From NCBI GenBank assembly GCA_039811845.1, contig JBDHZN010000001.1:1-60259 (forward strand): a stretch of 60,259 nucleotides of DNA. The letters run 5' to 3'. The notes under the pieces were generated by a model. The model saw only the letters and a program-made list of their open reading frames with translations. It ran no database searches and was not told the origin of the DNA. The translations under genes were made by a program, and so were the position numbers. The DNA comes from Micropruina sp. (GTDB lineage Bacteria > Actinomycetota > Actinomycetes > Propionibacteriales > Propionibacteriaceae). Of this stretch, positions 1 through 9,806 are shown piece after piece; the stretch's first letter is position 1, and each line of letters starts with the position of its first letter.

Positions 1-42
1 GCCGGCGTGGTCGCCCTGTCCCGGCGCCGCGGCACCGGCTGA
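1..42 (+). CDS. 3' end of an upstream gene (hydrophobic stretch plus basic tail, possibly a membrane or cell-wall anchor)
   Basis: Frame 1 reads AGVVALSRRRGTG*; followed by a large hairpin. Confidence 0.4.
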   Translation, partial: AGVVALSRRRGTG

Positions 43-70
43 CGCTCCCGCGTCGAGCTGCCGGATAGAG

Positions 71-128
71 CCCTCCCTAACTACTTCTGCCCTCCCGTCG
101 ACGGGAGGGCAGAAGTAGTTAGGGAGGG
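71..128. repeat. Perfect 58-bp palindrome between convergent genes; probable bidirectional terminator or REP-like element
   Basis: 71-99 ccctccctaactacttctgccctcccgtc is the exact reverse complement of 100-128. Confidence 0.85.
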
Positions 129-166
129 TTTTCGGGCTGGGCGGAAGCGGTGGCGTGGATCGGGGG

Positions 167-2545
167 TTAGCCGTCGGAGAGCAGGATCTCGGTGAGTGCG
201 GCCCGCAGCGAGTCGGGCAGTTCGATGCCGTCCAGCCGGCGCACCACGTCGAGCGTGTCGCCGGGGTGGCTGAGCATCGTCCAGGCCCGTTCCTTGTCCG
301 CGTAGTCGCACTGCGCCGCGTTCAGCACGTCGAACAGCCGTTCGGTGATCGGCGGACCGCCGCCTCGCACCGGGTCGGTCAGCGTCACCGAGGCGCCGTC
401 GACGGTGCTCACCTCGCCGAGGTCGATGGTCAGCCGGCCGGCGCCGGGGGTGGCCACGCCGCCGTCCACGCTCGCGGCGTCGCTGATGCCGTGCAGGATC
501 ACCGTCCAGCGGCGCCGCGCCGGCACCACGTCCAACTCGCCCACGGCCGGCGCGATGGTGAACCGGGACGCCTCGTCGTCCCACTCCAAGGTTGTCCGGA
601 CGGCCCGCGGCGCGGCCGCGTCGTCGTCCTCGTACAGGGTGAACGAGCCGATCGCGCCGGCGATGACATGCACCTCGAACGCGGCCGGGTTCTCCACGCC
701 GTACTCCTCGGGTCCGGTCAGCGGCACGATCGCGCCCGGCCGGGCCAGCACCGGGTAGCCGGACAGCGGCCGATGCAGCTGCACCGTCCGCCCACCCGAG
801 TAGCGCAGGTCGGTGAAGAAGTCGACCCATGGCCCCTCGGGCAACCAGGTCGTCGCCGCACCCAGCCCGGTGACACGATCGGCCGGTGAGGTGATCGGCG
901 CCACCAGCAGCTTCGAGCCGAACAGGAAGGTGTTGCGGGAACCGTAGGCGCGCGGCACGTAGATGTCGCCTTGCCGATGCACGTGATACAGCGGACGGCA
1001 CAACGCCCGGTTGGTGCGGTGCGCCCGTTCGTTCATCGTGTACAGGTAGGGCAGCAGCCGATGTCGGAGCCGTAGGAAATCGACCATCACGGCGGCGTGT
1101 TCGGCCGGGTAGTTCCACGGCTCCTTGCCCATGAACCGGCTCAGTGTGGAGTGCAGCCGATTGATCGGCGAGAAGGTGCCCAACTGGAACCAGCGGGTGA
1201 CCAGTTCGTTGTCGCGGTAGCCGAACATGTGGCCGCCGATGTCGTGGCTCCACCAGCCGAAGCCGATGTTGGCGGCGGTCGCGGTGAAGCGCGGCTGGAA
1301 CTCCAGGCTGCCCCACGAGTTGATCGTGTCGCCGGAGAAACCCACCGGGTAGCGGTGCGAACCCGGTCCGGCGTAACGCGAGAAGGTGATCGGACGCTGC
1401 CCGCGCCGCGCGCTGTCCAGGTAGTGGAAGTGGTTCAGCAGCCACAGCGGATCCAGCCCGGCCAGCGACGAATGGATGCCCTGCTGCCAGTCCAGCCACC
1501 AGAAGTCGACGCCCTCGTCCTCCAACGGATGGTGCACCTGCTCGAAGTAGCTGGCCAGAAAATGCTGGTCGGCGATGTCGAAATCGACCGGCTGCTCGGA
1601 CGCCGGATCGATGCCCATCGCGGTCGCCATCCGCGGGTAGGCCTCTTCGAACGCCCGGACGCCGTCCGCGGGGTGCACGTTCAGCGCCACCTTCAGCCCG
1701 TGCTCATGCAGCCAAGCGAGCATGCCCTCGGGATCGGGGATCAGCTCCCGGTTCCAGGTGTAGCCGGTCCAGCCGGTGCCGTACTCGGGCGGGACGTCGA
1801 CCAGGTGCCAGTCCATGTCGAGCACCGCGACGCTGAACGGAATGTGCGCGGCGGTGAACCGGTTGATCAGCTCCTGGTACTCGTCGGCGGTGTAGGGGTG
1901 ATAGCGGCTCCACCAGTTGCCCAGCGCCCAGCGGGGCAGCAGCGGTTGCGGCCCGGTGAGCCGATGGAAGTCGTCCAGCGCCTGCTGGTACGCCTCCCCG
2001 TGGGCGAACAGGTAGATGTCAGTGTTGCCGGACGTCCGGGGCGCCACCCAGCCATCGGCGTCCAGTGCCATCGTGGTCGAGTCGTCGAGCACCGCCGAAC
2101 CGAGGTAGCTGAGCACGCCGTCCTCCAGGTCGGTGGGGCCGTCGACCTCGTCCAGGGTGCGCGCGGTGCCGCCCAGGTTGGCGTCGCCGCCGCCCCAGAG
2201 TTGCTGGCGTTCGCCGTAGCGCCAGGTGCGGCGATGACCGGTGCCACCCGCCAGGTGGGCATACAACCCGCCCGGGCTGAACGGCAGTTCGTCATAGCTG
2301 AGCTGCACGGTCGCAGTGACGATCTCGATGCCGTGCTTGGTGCGGTTGACGGTGAACTCGACCGGTTCGAAGTCGCGGTTGATCACCATCTGGGTGGCGC
2401 GGTCCTCGAATCGGCCCTCGGGGGAGTACTCCAGCCGGAACAGCGCGTTGCTCAGCACGGTGATCCGGTAGTGCTCACCGCGCACCTGAGATTCGGCGGG
2501 CGCCAGCGGTGTGGTGGCCATTCTCAACCGGTCCGGAAGCGTCAT
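167..2545 (-). CDS. Glycoside hydrolase family 31 (alpha-glucosidase/xylosidase-like)
   Basis: GH31 motifs LGNWWSRY, VLDMDWH, DFWWLDWQQG, GFSGDT, WWSHDIGG; ATG at 2545 lies 7 nt after a TAGACT -10 box. Confidence 0.9.
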   Translation of the reverse strand: MTLPDRLRMATTPLAPAESQVRGEHYRITVLSNALFRLEYSPEGRFEDRATQMVINRDFEPVEFTVNRTKHGIEIVTATVQLSYDELPFSPGGLYAHLAGGTGHRRTWRYGERQQLWGGGDANLGGTARTLDEVDGPTDLEDGVLSYLGSAVLDDSTTMALDADGWVAPRTSGNTDIYLFAHGEAYQQALDDFHRLTGPQPLLPRWALGNWWSRYHPYTADEYQELINRFTAAHIPFSVAVLDMDWHLVDVPPEYGTGWTGYTWNRELIPDPEGMLAWLHEHGLKVALNVHPADGVRAFEEAYPRMATAMGIDPASEQPVDFDIADQHFLASYFEQVHHPLEDEGVDFWWLDWQQGIHSSLAGLDPLWLLNHFHYLDSARRGQRPITFSRYAGPGSHRYPVGFSGDTINSWGSLEFQPRFTATAANIGFGWWSHDIGGHMFGYRDNELVTRWFQLGTFSPINRLHSTLSRFMGKEPWNYPAEHAAVMVDFLRLRHRLLPYLYTMNERAHRTNRALCRPLYHVHRQGDIYVPRAYGSRNTFLFGSKLLVAPITSPADRVTGLGAATTWLPEGPWVDFFTDLRYSGGRTVQLHRPLSGYPVLARPGAIVPLTGPEEYGVENPAAFEVHVIAGAIGSFTLYEDDDAAAPRAVRTTLEWDDEASRFTIAPAVGELDVVPARRRWTVILHGISDAASVDGGVATPGAGRLTIDLGEVSTVDGASVTLTDPVRGGGPPITERLFDVLNAAQCDYADKERAWTMLSHPGDTLDVVRRLDGIELPDSLRAALTEILLSDG

Positions 2546-2602
2546 GGTTCGCAGTCTAGGGACCGCTGCGTGCGTGCTGACCGGCCCTCTCCACCAACCG
2601 CG

Positions 2603-2654
2603 AACAACGATCGGGATCGGGCACCGACAGCCGTGCCCGATCCCGATCCTTGGT
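2603..2654. repeat. Palindromic repeat, family D (copy 1)
   Basis: 16-bp perfect stem gatcgggatcgggcac/gtgcccgatcccgatc; related copy in opposite orientation at 8260-8311. Confidence 0.75.
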
Positions 2655-2943
2655 CGCCGGCGCGGTCGCGATGTCGACCTCGTGCCGCCGCGCGACGCCC
2701 AGCACGCGGCACGCGAACAGCAGATGAACGGGTTCCGCTGCCCGGCGTGCCGCGCGTCCGGATCGTCCGTGGGCTGCTTACAGTGCAAGTGCGGTCACCC
2801 CAATGACCGTCCAGGAGGAAACGATGCGTCGTTTGACCCGCACCGGTCGAACCCGCGGGCCGCTACCAGGGCCCGACCTTCCCGGCTGACACGACTATGT
2901 GGGCCGGCGGGGGTGCAGCGTCGGCCTCAGGACAGGACCGCTC

Positions 2944-4287
2944 GTGCCCCGTACAGCAAGCAGTTCCCGCAGCTTCGTCACCACCGCCGCCGACACGTCG
3001 GTGCGGACCTACGTGATCGACACCTCCGTCCTGCTCAGTGATCCGCACGCCGTGCGCAACTTCCACGAACACGAGGTGATCGTGCCGATCGTGGTGGTCA
3101 CCGAACTGGAGGAGAAACGGAATCACCCCGAGCTCGGCTACTTCGCCCGGACGGCGCTGCGCTACCTCGACGAGCTGCGGCTGGCGAACGGACGGCTCGA
3201 TCTGCCGCTGCAGGTCAACGACGACGGCGGCACCCTGCACGTGGAACTCAACCACTCCGACCAGACCGTCCTGCCGCACGGCTTCCGCCTCGGTGACAAC
3301 GATTCACGCATCCTCGCGGTGGCGCTGAACTACTCCGGTGAGGGACGCGACGTCGTCCTGGTCAGCAAGGACGTCCCGCTGCGGGTGAAGGCGTCCGCCG
3401 TCGGCCTGGCGGCGCAGGAGTACCTGCACGAGCAGCCCATCGACACCGGCTGGACGGGCATGGCCGAGGTCGAGGTCGAGCGGGCCAGCGTCGACGCCCT
3501 GTACGCGTCCGGCACTGCGCTCGTTCCGGAAGCAGTCGAGCTGCCCTGCCACAGCGGCGTCGTGCTGCACACCGCCGGGGCGACCGCGCTGGGCCGGGTG
3601 CTGCCGGACGGCACCGTGAAGCTGGTCCGGGGCGATCGCGATTGCTTCGGCATCCACGGGCGTTCCGCCGAGCAGCGGGTGGCGCTCGACCTGCTGCTCG
3701 ACCCGGCGGTGGGCATCGTCTCACTCGGCGGCAAGGCCGGCACCGGCAAGTCTGCGCTGGCGCTGTGCGCCGGCCTGGAGGCGGTGCTGGAACGTCAATT
3801 GCACTCGAAGGTGATCGTCTTCCGGCCCCTGTACGCCGTCGGCGGCCAGGAACTCGGCTACCTACCGGGTGCCGAGGGCGAGAAGATGGCGCCCTGGGCG
3901 CAGGCCGTGTTCGACACCCTCGGCTCGGTCACCAACCGCAACGTCATCGAAGAGGTGATGGCCCGCGATCTGCTTGAGGTGCTGCCGCTCACCCACATCA
4001 GGGGACGCTCGCTGCACGACGCGTTCGTGATCGTGGACGAGGCACAGTCGCTGGAGCGCAACGTGCTGCTCACCGTGCTGTCCCGGATCGGCCAGAACTC
4101 GCGGGTGGTGCTGACCCACGATGTTGCGCAGCGTGACAACCTGCGGGTCGGACGCCACGACGGCGTCGTCGCGGTCGTCGAGAAGCTGAAGGGCCACCCG
4201 CTGTTCGCCCACATCACGCTGACCCGTTCGGAGCGTTCACCGATCGCCGCCCTGGTCACCGACTTGCTGGAGGACATCGGCATCTAG
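2944..4287 (+). CDS. PhoH family protein with N-terminal PIN domain (PhoH2-like)
   Basis: PIN motif [12 protein letters not shown], Walker [19 protein letters not shown]; start uncertain (2899-3001). Confidence 0.9.
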   Translation: MPRTASSSRSFVTTAADTSVRTYVIDTSVLLSDPHAVRNFHEHEVIVPIVVVTELEEKRNHPELGYFARTALRYLDELRLANGRLDLPLQVNDDGGTLHVELNHSDQTVLPHGFRLGDNDSRILAVALNYSGEGRDVVLVSKDVPLRVKASAVGLAAQEYLHEQPIDTGWTGMAEVEVERASVDALYASGTALVPEAVELPCHSGVVLHTAGATALGRVLPDGTVKLVRGDRDCFGIHGRSAEQRVALDLLLDPAVGIVSLGGKAGTGKSALALCAGLEAVLERQLHSKVIVFRPLYAVGGQELGYLPGAEGEKMAPWAQAVFDTLGSVTNRNVIEEVMARDLLEVLPLTHIRGRSLHDAFVIVDEAQSLERNVLLTVLSRIGQNSRVVLTHDVAQRDNLRVGRHDGVVAVVEKLKGHPLFAHITLTRSERSPIAALVTDLLEDIGI

Positions 4288-4311
4288 CACACGCCGATCA
4301 ATGCAACCACC

Positions 4312-4504
4312 GCTGGTTGAGCTTGTCGAAACCCGTTGCCGGCCCGCTCAGGTTTCGGGTCTCGACAAGCTCGACCAACGAAGGTCCGCGCTTTCCCAAC
4401 CGCTGGCCGAGACCAACGGAGCGTCATCCCGGACTTGATCCGGGATCTCCACCGCCGGTCCGCACGGGGCCGACAGAGAGATCCCGGCGTTCGCCGGGAT
4501 GACG
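4312..4504. repeat. Cluster of REP family A (GGTYGAGCTTGTCGARACC) and family B (CGTCATCCCGG..CCGGGATCTC) inverted pairs
   Basis: Inverted A units at about 4314 and 4358; inverted B units at about 4423 and 4477; between convergent genes. Confidence 0.8.
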
Positions 4505-4511
4505 GGGTGCT

Positions 4512-5201
4512 TCAGATCTGCGCCGCCGGCCCGGCGGCGGCGTCCGAGACCGGCGCCAACCGGGCCAGGCAGAGTTCCGGCTCGACCCATGGCCGTAGCT
4601 CGGCCACGGTCTCGCTGGCGCCTCCGGCAGCGAGGTAGCCCCGCATCATGCCGAGATGGATCCGGCACACGGTGGTGTCGCCGCCCAAGGTGAGATCGCG
4701 GAACGGGCAGCGGACGATCTCCAGGCTGCGCTCGCCGTCCACCTCGGCCACCCGTGAACTGAGGCCGAGCGAATTGACGGCAGCCACCAGTGCCGCGGTG
4801 TCGGAGAGCTCGGCTTCGGCGTCAGCAAGAGAACGGCCCCAGGATTCGCCGATCCTTTCGGCGACCGGGTTGTCGGGCGAGTCGTTGTCGCGCAGGTAGC
4901 CGAGAATCGCCTGAACCAGCGAACGGTAGGGGTGGTCGGTGACCGGCGGGGCGGTCGGAGCAGCGGTGAACAGCACCCTCGGTCGCCCCTGAACGCCGCG
5001 ATGCTCGACCACCCGGCGCACCAGTCCGACGCTGAGTAACGCGTCGAGGTGGAAGCGCACGGTGTTCGGATGGAGAGCAAGGTTCTCGGCCAGTACCTCG
5101 GTCGAGGCCGGGTCAGGCAACTCCTGAAGGTGTGCGAGAACTCGCCGCCGGGTCGGTCCGAGCCGATCCGGGCCATGGTCGGGCACGGTGGACGAGGTCA
5201 T
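4512..5201 (-). CDS. HTH transcriptional regulator with C-terminal Cys motif (ArnR-like)
   Basis: LHPNTVRFHLDAL HTH, GRPR wing, CPF..VCRIHLG..C; divergent from moaA. Confidence 0.8.
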   Translation of the reverse strand: MTSSTVPDHGPDRLGPTRRRVLAHLQELPDPASTEVLAENLALHPNTVRFHLDALLSVGLVRRVVEHRGVQGRPRVLFTAAPTAPPVTDHPYRSLVQAILGYLRDNDSPDNPVAERIGESWGRSLADAEAELSDTAALVAAVNSLGLSSRVAEVDGERSLEIVRCPFRDLTLGGDTTVCRIHLGMMRGYLAAGGASETVAELRPWVEPELCLARLAPVSDAAAGPAAQI

Positions 5202-5281
5202 CGCCTTCCATGATGACATCACGCATCTACCGGCGCACGACAGTTCGCCCGAGCTCGGAGTCTCTCGCGTACCCTGTGGGC

Positions 5282-6319
5282 ATGACGGTCGAGGTGCGCA
5301 CACCGCTGGTGTTGGCTGATGCGCACGGCCGCGTCGCCACCGATCTGCGGGTCTCGCTCACCGACCGCTGCAACCTCCGTTGCACCTACTGCATGCCCGC
5401 TGAGGGCCTGCCCTGGCTGCCCGGTGAGGAGGTGCTGACCGACGCCGAACTGCATCGCCTGATGGCGATCGCGGTCGAATCGCTGGGCATCACCAAGATC
5501 CGTTTCACCGGTGGCGAGCCGCTGCTGCGCCGGTCGCTGGAACACATCGTCGCGGACGCCAAGACCTTGCGTACCCGCGCCGGAAACGCCCCGGAGCTGT
5601 CCTTGACCACCAACGGCATCGGCCTCGACAAGAGAGTGTCCGCCCTTGCCGAGGCCGGATTGGACCGGGTCAACGTCTCCCTTGACTCGCTTGATCGGCA
5701 GCGCTACGCCGCCCTCGCCCGCCGCGACCGGCTGGACGCGGTGCTGGCCGGGTTGGCCGCGTCGGAGGCGGCTGGGTTGCTGCCGGTCAAGGTCAACAGC
5801 GTGATCATGCGTGACGTCAACGACGTCGATGTCGTTCCGCTGGCGCAGTTCTGCCTGGAGCGCGGCTACCAGTTGCGGTTCATCGAGCAGATGCCGCTCG
5901 GGCCGCGGCACGAATGGGACCGTTCGCAGATGGTCACCCAGGCCGAGATCCTGGAGCGGCTCAATGAGCGGTTCACTCTGCAGCCGGCCGCCGAGCCGCG
6001 TGGTGCCGCGCCCGCCGAGCTGTGGGAGGTGGCCGCGGACGCCTCGCAGCCGGGCGGACGAATCGGCGTCATCCCTTCGGTGACCGCGCCGTTCTGCGGG
6101 GCCTGCGACCGCACTCGGATCACCGCGGACGGCCAGATGCGCACCTGCCTGTTCTCGCGCACCGAGACCGACCTGCGGACGCCGCTGCGCGACGGTGCCT
6201 CGGACGCGGAACTCGCCGAGATCTGGGCGGGCGCGCAGGCCCGCAAGGCGGCCGCGCACGGAATCGGCGAACCGGGCTTCGTGCCGCCGGCCCGCACCAT
6301 GAGCGCCATCGGAGGGTGA
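5282..6319 (+). CDS. moaA: GTP 3',8-cyclase MoaA (radical SAM)
   Basis: CNLRCTYC, TGGEPLLR, FCGACDRTR, C-terminal MSAIGG. Confidence 0.95.
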   Translation: MTVEVRTPLVLADAHGRVATDLRVSLTDRCNLRCTYCMPAEGLPWLPGEEVLTDAELHRLMAIAVESLGITKIRFTGGEPLLRRSLEHIVADAKTLRTRAGNAPELSLTTNGIGLDKRVSALAEAGLDRVNVSLDSLDRQRYAALARRDRLDAVLAGLAASEAAGLLPVKVNSVIMRDVNDVDVVPLAQFCLERGYQLRFIEQMPLGPRHEWDRSQMVTQAEILERLNERFTLQPAAEPRGAAPAELWEVAADASQPGGRIGVIPSVTAPFCGACDRTRITADGQMRTCLFSRTETDLRTPLRDGASDAELAEIWAGAQARKAAAHGIGEPGFVPPARTMSAIGG

Positions 6320-6567
6320 GGATTGTGAAGATTCGGTACTTCGCAGGTGCGGCAGAAGCCGCGGGTGTCGCCGAGGAGACGGTGGACGCCGAGTTCGAGG
6401 TGACGGTCGCCGACCTCGTCGAACAACTGGGCTCCGACCGGGAACGGCTGGCCAAGGTGCTCGCCATCTCCACCGTCCTGATCGACGGCCAGGCGGCCCG
6501 CTCCCGCACCGAGTTCATCGCACCGGGCGCCCAGGTGGACGTGCTGCCTCCGTTCGCCGGCGGATAG
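6316..6567 (+). CDS. moaD: Molybdopterin synthase sulfur carrier MoaD/ThiS
   Basis: RYFAGA...VDVLPPFAGG C-terminal Gly-Gly; GTGA overlap with moaA. Confidence 0.9.
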   Translation: MRIVKIRYFAGAAEAAGVAEETVDAEFEVTVADLVEQLGSDRERLAKVLAISTVLIDGQAARSRTEFIAPGAQVDVLPPFAGG

Positions 6568-6570
6568 TTG

Positions 6571-6848
6571 CGCTTCCCTGGGTCAGCCGGGTGCAGGTCG
6601 GTGCCGACGGGTCGAAAATCCAACCCTGCCAACTCTGGTCCTGACAAGGGGGGATGCGGTATTCTGAAAGACCCCCCAACGGCGGTGGGGTGCCGGGTTC
6701 GGCGCTGGACATGCCCGGGGCGGACGATGCGTCGTCCGGTTCGGCTGCCTCGGCGGAGCGCGTTTCCCCACCGCCGGAGTTCAGTGCCGCGCGTGGCTCT
6801 TTGAGGCCCCGTAGCGAGTGACAAAACCCTGGCGTCCGGGGGAAGCGT
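6571..6848 (+). other. Highly structured ~280-nt intergenic element (candidate ncRNA or non-autonomous mobile element)
   Basis: Closing stem cgcttccc/gggaagcg, internal 11-bp stem cggcggtgggg/ccccaccgccg, hairpin cggacga-tgcg-tcgtccg. Confidence 0.4.
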
Positions 6849-6864
6849 CGTGTCGCCGTCCGGA

Positions 6865-7569
6865 TCAGATCAGCGGCCACGGCCAGGCGTGACCGGTCTC
6901 ATCGATGGGCAGGATTCCCGCGTCGAGCACTCTTTGGGTTCGGCGCCGCAGTGCGCGCACCTCGCGGTCGTCGAGCAGTTCGGCGATCGCATCGGGGACG
7001 GCGTCCGCGAGCGGCGCCAGGTCGACCAGGATGTTGGGGGCGATGGGTTCGCCGGCGAAGTCCCAGATCACGGTGCGCAGCTTGTAGCCGGCGGCGAAGC
7101 ACAGCCCGTGGTCGATCGCCCAGATGCCGCCGTGCTCGTCGGTGAGCACGTGGCCGCCCTTGCGGTCGGTGTTGTTGCTGACCACATCGAAGACGGCCAG
7201 CCGACGCAACCGCTCGTGAGCCTCGGGCGACTCACGGACCAACCGGAAGTAGTGCATCGCCGGATCGCACTCGATGAACCACTGCAACGAGCCCACCCCG
7301 AGCGGAGCGTCGGTGCGGATCACGGTGGGCGGCACGAATCCCCAGCCCAGCGCGACGTCCAGCAGGTAGGCGGCACGTTCGCGCCGATACAGCCCGGGTT
7401 CGAAATCCCACAGCGGCCGTTCACCGGATTCGGGCTTGTAGATCGCCCAGGTGTAGTCGTCGTCGCGGGTGACTTCGACGACGAAGGTGGCGTTGCTGCT
7501 CTCCACGACCCGGCCGACGAGATTGATGGTGCCCTCGTTGAGCAGCGCCTCCTGCTGGGCGGTGTTCAC
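6865..7569 (-). CDS. SCO1664-family PI3/PI4-kinase-like protein
   Basis: SNATF, YKPESGERPLWDF, RERAAY, NNTDRKGGH, IDHGLCF. Confidence 0.85.
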   Translation of the reverse strand: MNTAQQEALLNEGTINLVGRVVESSNATFVVEVTRDDDYTWAIYKPESGERPLWDFEPGLYRRERAAYLLDVALGWGFVPPTVIRTDAPLGVGSLQWFIECDPAMHYFRLVRESPEAHERLRRLAVFDVVSNNTDRKGGHVLTDEHGGIWAIDHGLCFAAGYKLRTVIWDFAGEPIAPNILVDLAPLADAVPDAIAELLDDREVRALRRRTQRVLDAGILPIDETGHAWPWPLI

Positions 7570-8189
7570 TGAGCCAGCGGCCCGTCGGACGAATTGACGC
7601 TGCGGACGACGGGTGCACCGTGAGCGGGCCAGTCGATCACCGACACCGAGCCGGTGCCGACGTCCATCCGCTGGAAGTGGTCGAGGTGGGTGCCGACCGC
7701 ATGGGTGAGCAGCGCCTTGATCGGGTCGGCATGTGAGAAGCAGGCCACCGTCTGCCCGCGGTGGGCGGCCCGCAGCCGCTCCATCAGCGCGATCATCCGG
7801 GTCTGCAGTTCGACGAAGCTCTCGCCGCCGGGAAAGCGGAAGGTGGACGGCGCCTGCTGCACCGTGCGCCAGTCGCGAAGTTTGGCCAGGGCAGTGAGCT
7901 GCTTTCCGGTCCACTCGCCGAAGTCGCACTCCAACAGGGCGGGCTCGATCACGGCGGTCAGCCCGGTGCTCCGCTCCGACGGTTCGGCGGTCTCCCGGGC
8001 GCGTTCCAACGGCGAGCTGTAGATAGCGGTGAGCCCGGCGTCGGCCAACCGGTGGGCTACGGCCTCAGCCTGTTCCCGGCCACGATCGGAGAGATGCAGC
8101 CCGGGAGCACGCCCCGGCAGGATCTGCCCGGTGGTCGGTGTTTGTCCGTGGCGCACCAGCAGCACCCGGAATGTCTTGGGCGACGGCAC
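7566..8189 (-). CDS. Histidine phosphatase family protein (MSMEG_4193-like)
   Basis: LLVRHGQT, SSPLERARETA, ECDFGEW, SHADPIK. Confidence 0.9.
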   Translation of the reverse strand: MPSPKTFRVLLVRHGQTPTTGQILPGRAPGLHLSDRGREQAEAVAHRLADAGLTAIYSSPLERARETAEPSERSTGLTAVIEPALLECDFGEWTGKQLTALAKLRDWRTVQQAPSTFRFPGGESFVELQTRMIALMERLRAAHRGQTVACFSHADPIKALLTHAVGTHLDHFQRMDVGTGSVSVIDWPAHGAPVVRSVNSSDGPLAQ

Positions 8190-8259
8190 GCGACGAGCGT
8201 ACTCGGGTGGCAAGGCTGCCCAGTACCGCCTTTGCTGGCGCGGTCAGCGAGGTCCTGTG

Positions 8260-8311
8260 AACAAGGATCGGGATCGACCACGGCTGACCGTGCCTGATCC
8301 CGATTGTTGTT
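8260..8311. repeat. Palindromic repeat, family D (copy 2)
   Basis: Reverse complement aligns with 2603-2654. Confidence 0.7.
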
Positions 8312-8403
8312 GCGTACCGAGCCATCGACTTCGGTGTGACGGGTGGATGCCAGGTCCGACCATCCGTGCCGCGGCATCTTGTGCCGGGGGTTAGCGTGAG
8401 GAC

Positions 8404-9786
8404 GTGACCGAACGCCCCACCATCGCAACCGTTGCCGAACTGCGTGCCAGCGGGCACGTCCAGAAGGGCCTGCGGGAGGAGATCCGTGACAATCTGCTGA
8501 CCGCGCTGGCTGCCGGGGAGAACCCCTGGCCGGGCCTGCACGGCTTCGACCGCACCGTGCTGCCGCAGCTTGAGCGGGCGCTGATCGCCGGGCATGACGT
8601 GGTGTTGCTGGGGGAGCGCGGGCAGGGCAAGACCAGGCTGCTGCGCACCCTGGCGGGCCTGCTCGACGAGTGGACGCCGGTGATCGCCGGCGCCGAACTC
8701 GGCGAACATCCCTACGAGCCGATCACCGCCGAGTCCCGTCGTCGGGCCGCCGAACTCGGCGACGACTTGCCGGTGGCCTGGCGGCACCGCTCCGAGCGCT
8801 ACTCCGAGAAGCTGGCCACCCCGGACACCTCGGTGGCCGACCTGATCGGCGACGTCGACCCGATCCGGGTTGCCGAGGGACGCCGGCTGGGCGACCCGGA
8901 GACCATCCACTTCGGCCTCATTCCCCGTAGTCACCGTGGCATTGTGGCGATCAACGAGCTGCCCGACCTGGCCGAACGCATCCAGGTCTCGATGCTCAAC
9001 GTGATGGAGGAGCGCGACATCCAGATTCGCGGCTACGTGCTGCGGCTGCCGCTGGACGTGCTGGTGATGGCGTCGGCGAACCCGGAGGACTACACCAACC
9101 GCGGCCGGATCATCACCCCACTCAAGGACCGCTTCGGCGCCGAGATCCGTACCCACTACCCGCTGGAACTCGCCGACGAGGTGGCGGTGATCCGGCAGGA
9201 GGCCCAGCTGGTCGCCGAGATCCCCGAGGTGCTGCTGGAGATCCTGGCCCGCTACACCAGGGCGCTGCGTGAGTCGCCGGCGATCAACCAACGCTCCGGC
9301 GTCTCCGCCCGGTTCGCGATCGCTGGTGCTGAAACGGTGGCGGCCGCCGCCCTGCACCGGGCAGTGGTCCGGGGCGAGACAGACCCGGTGGCCCGGCTGG
9401 TTGACCTGGAGACCGCGGTCGACGTGCTGGGCGGCAAGATCGAGTTCGAGGCCGGCGAAGAAGGGCGCGAAGAGGCGATCCTCAGCCACCTGCTACGGAC
9501 CGCGACCGCGGAGGCGGCCCGCGCGCATTTCCGCGGCATCGACCTGGGTCCACTGGTGGAGGCGTTGGACGGCCAGACCACGATCATCACCGGCGAACAG
9601 GTGACGGCGTCCGAGTTCCTGGCGGGCCTGCCCGAGGCCGACGGCGTCTACGACGAGATCGCAGAGCGGTTCGAGGCCGACAATCCCGGACGGCGGGCCA
9701 GCGCCATCGAGCTGGCGCTGGAAGGCCTCTACTTGGCCCGCCGGATCGCCAAGGACTCCGACGGCAGCGAAACGATCTACGGCTGA
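8404..9786 (+). CDS. AAA+ ATPase (Mg-chelatase-like, Rv0958 type)
   Basis: Walker A GERGQGKT, INELPDL, ANPEDYTNRGRIITPLKDRF. Confidence 0.9.
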   Translation: MTERPTIATVAELRASGHVQKGLREEIRDNLLTALAAGENPWPGLHGFDRTVLPQLERALIAGHDVVLLGERGQGKTRLLRTLAGLLDEWTPVIAGAELGEHPYEPITAESRRRAAELGDDLPVAWRHRSERYSEKLATPDTSVADLIGDVDPIRVAEGRRLGDPETIHFGLIPRSHRGIVAINELPDLAERIQVSMLNVMEERDIQIRGYVLRLPLDVLVMASANPEDYTNRGRIITPLKDRFGAEIRTHYPLELADEVAVIRQEAQLVAEIPEVLLEILARYTRALRESPAINQRSGVSARFAIAGAETVAAAALHRAVVRGETDPVARLVDLETAVDVLGGKIEFEAGEEGREEAILSHLLRTATAEAARAHFRGIDLGPLVEALDGQTTIITGEQVTASEFLAGLPEADGVYDEIAERFEADNPGRRASAIELALEGLYLARRIAKDSDGSETIYG

Positions 9787-9806
9787 CTCACTCATCTAGG
9801 ACGAAC

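Noticed and set aside
6571-6848. RNase P RNA, tmRNA or SRP RNA
   Set aside because: Lacks GAGGAAAGUCC, tRNA-like ends and the SRP loop consensus
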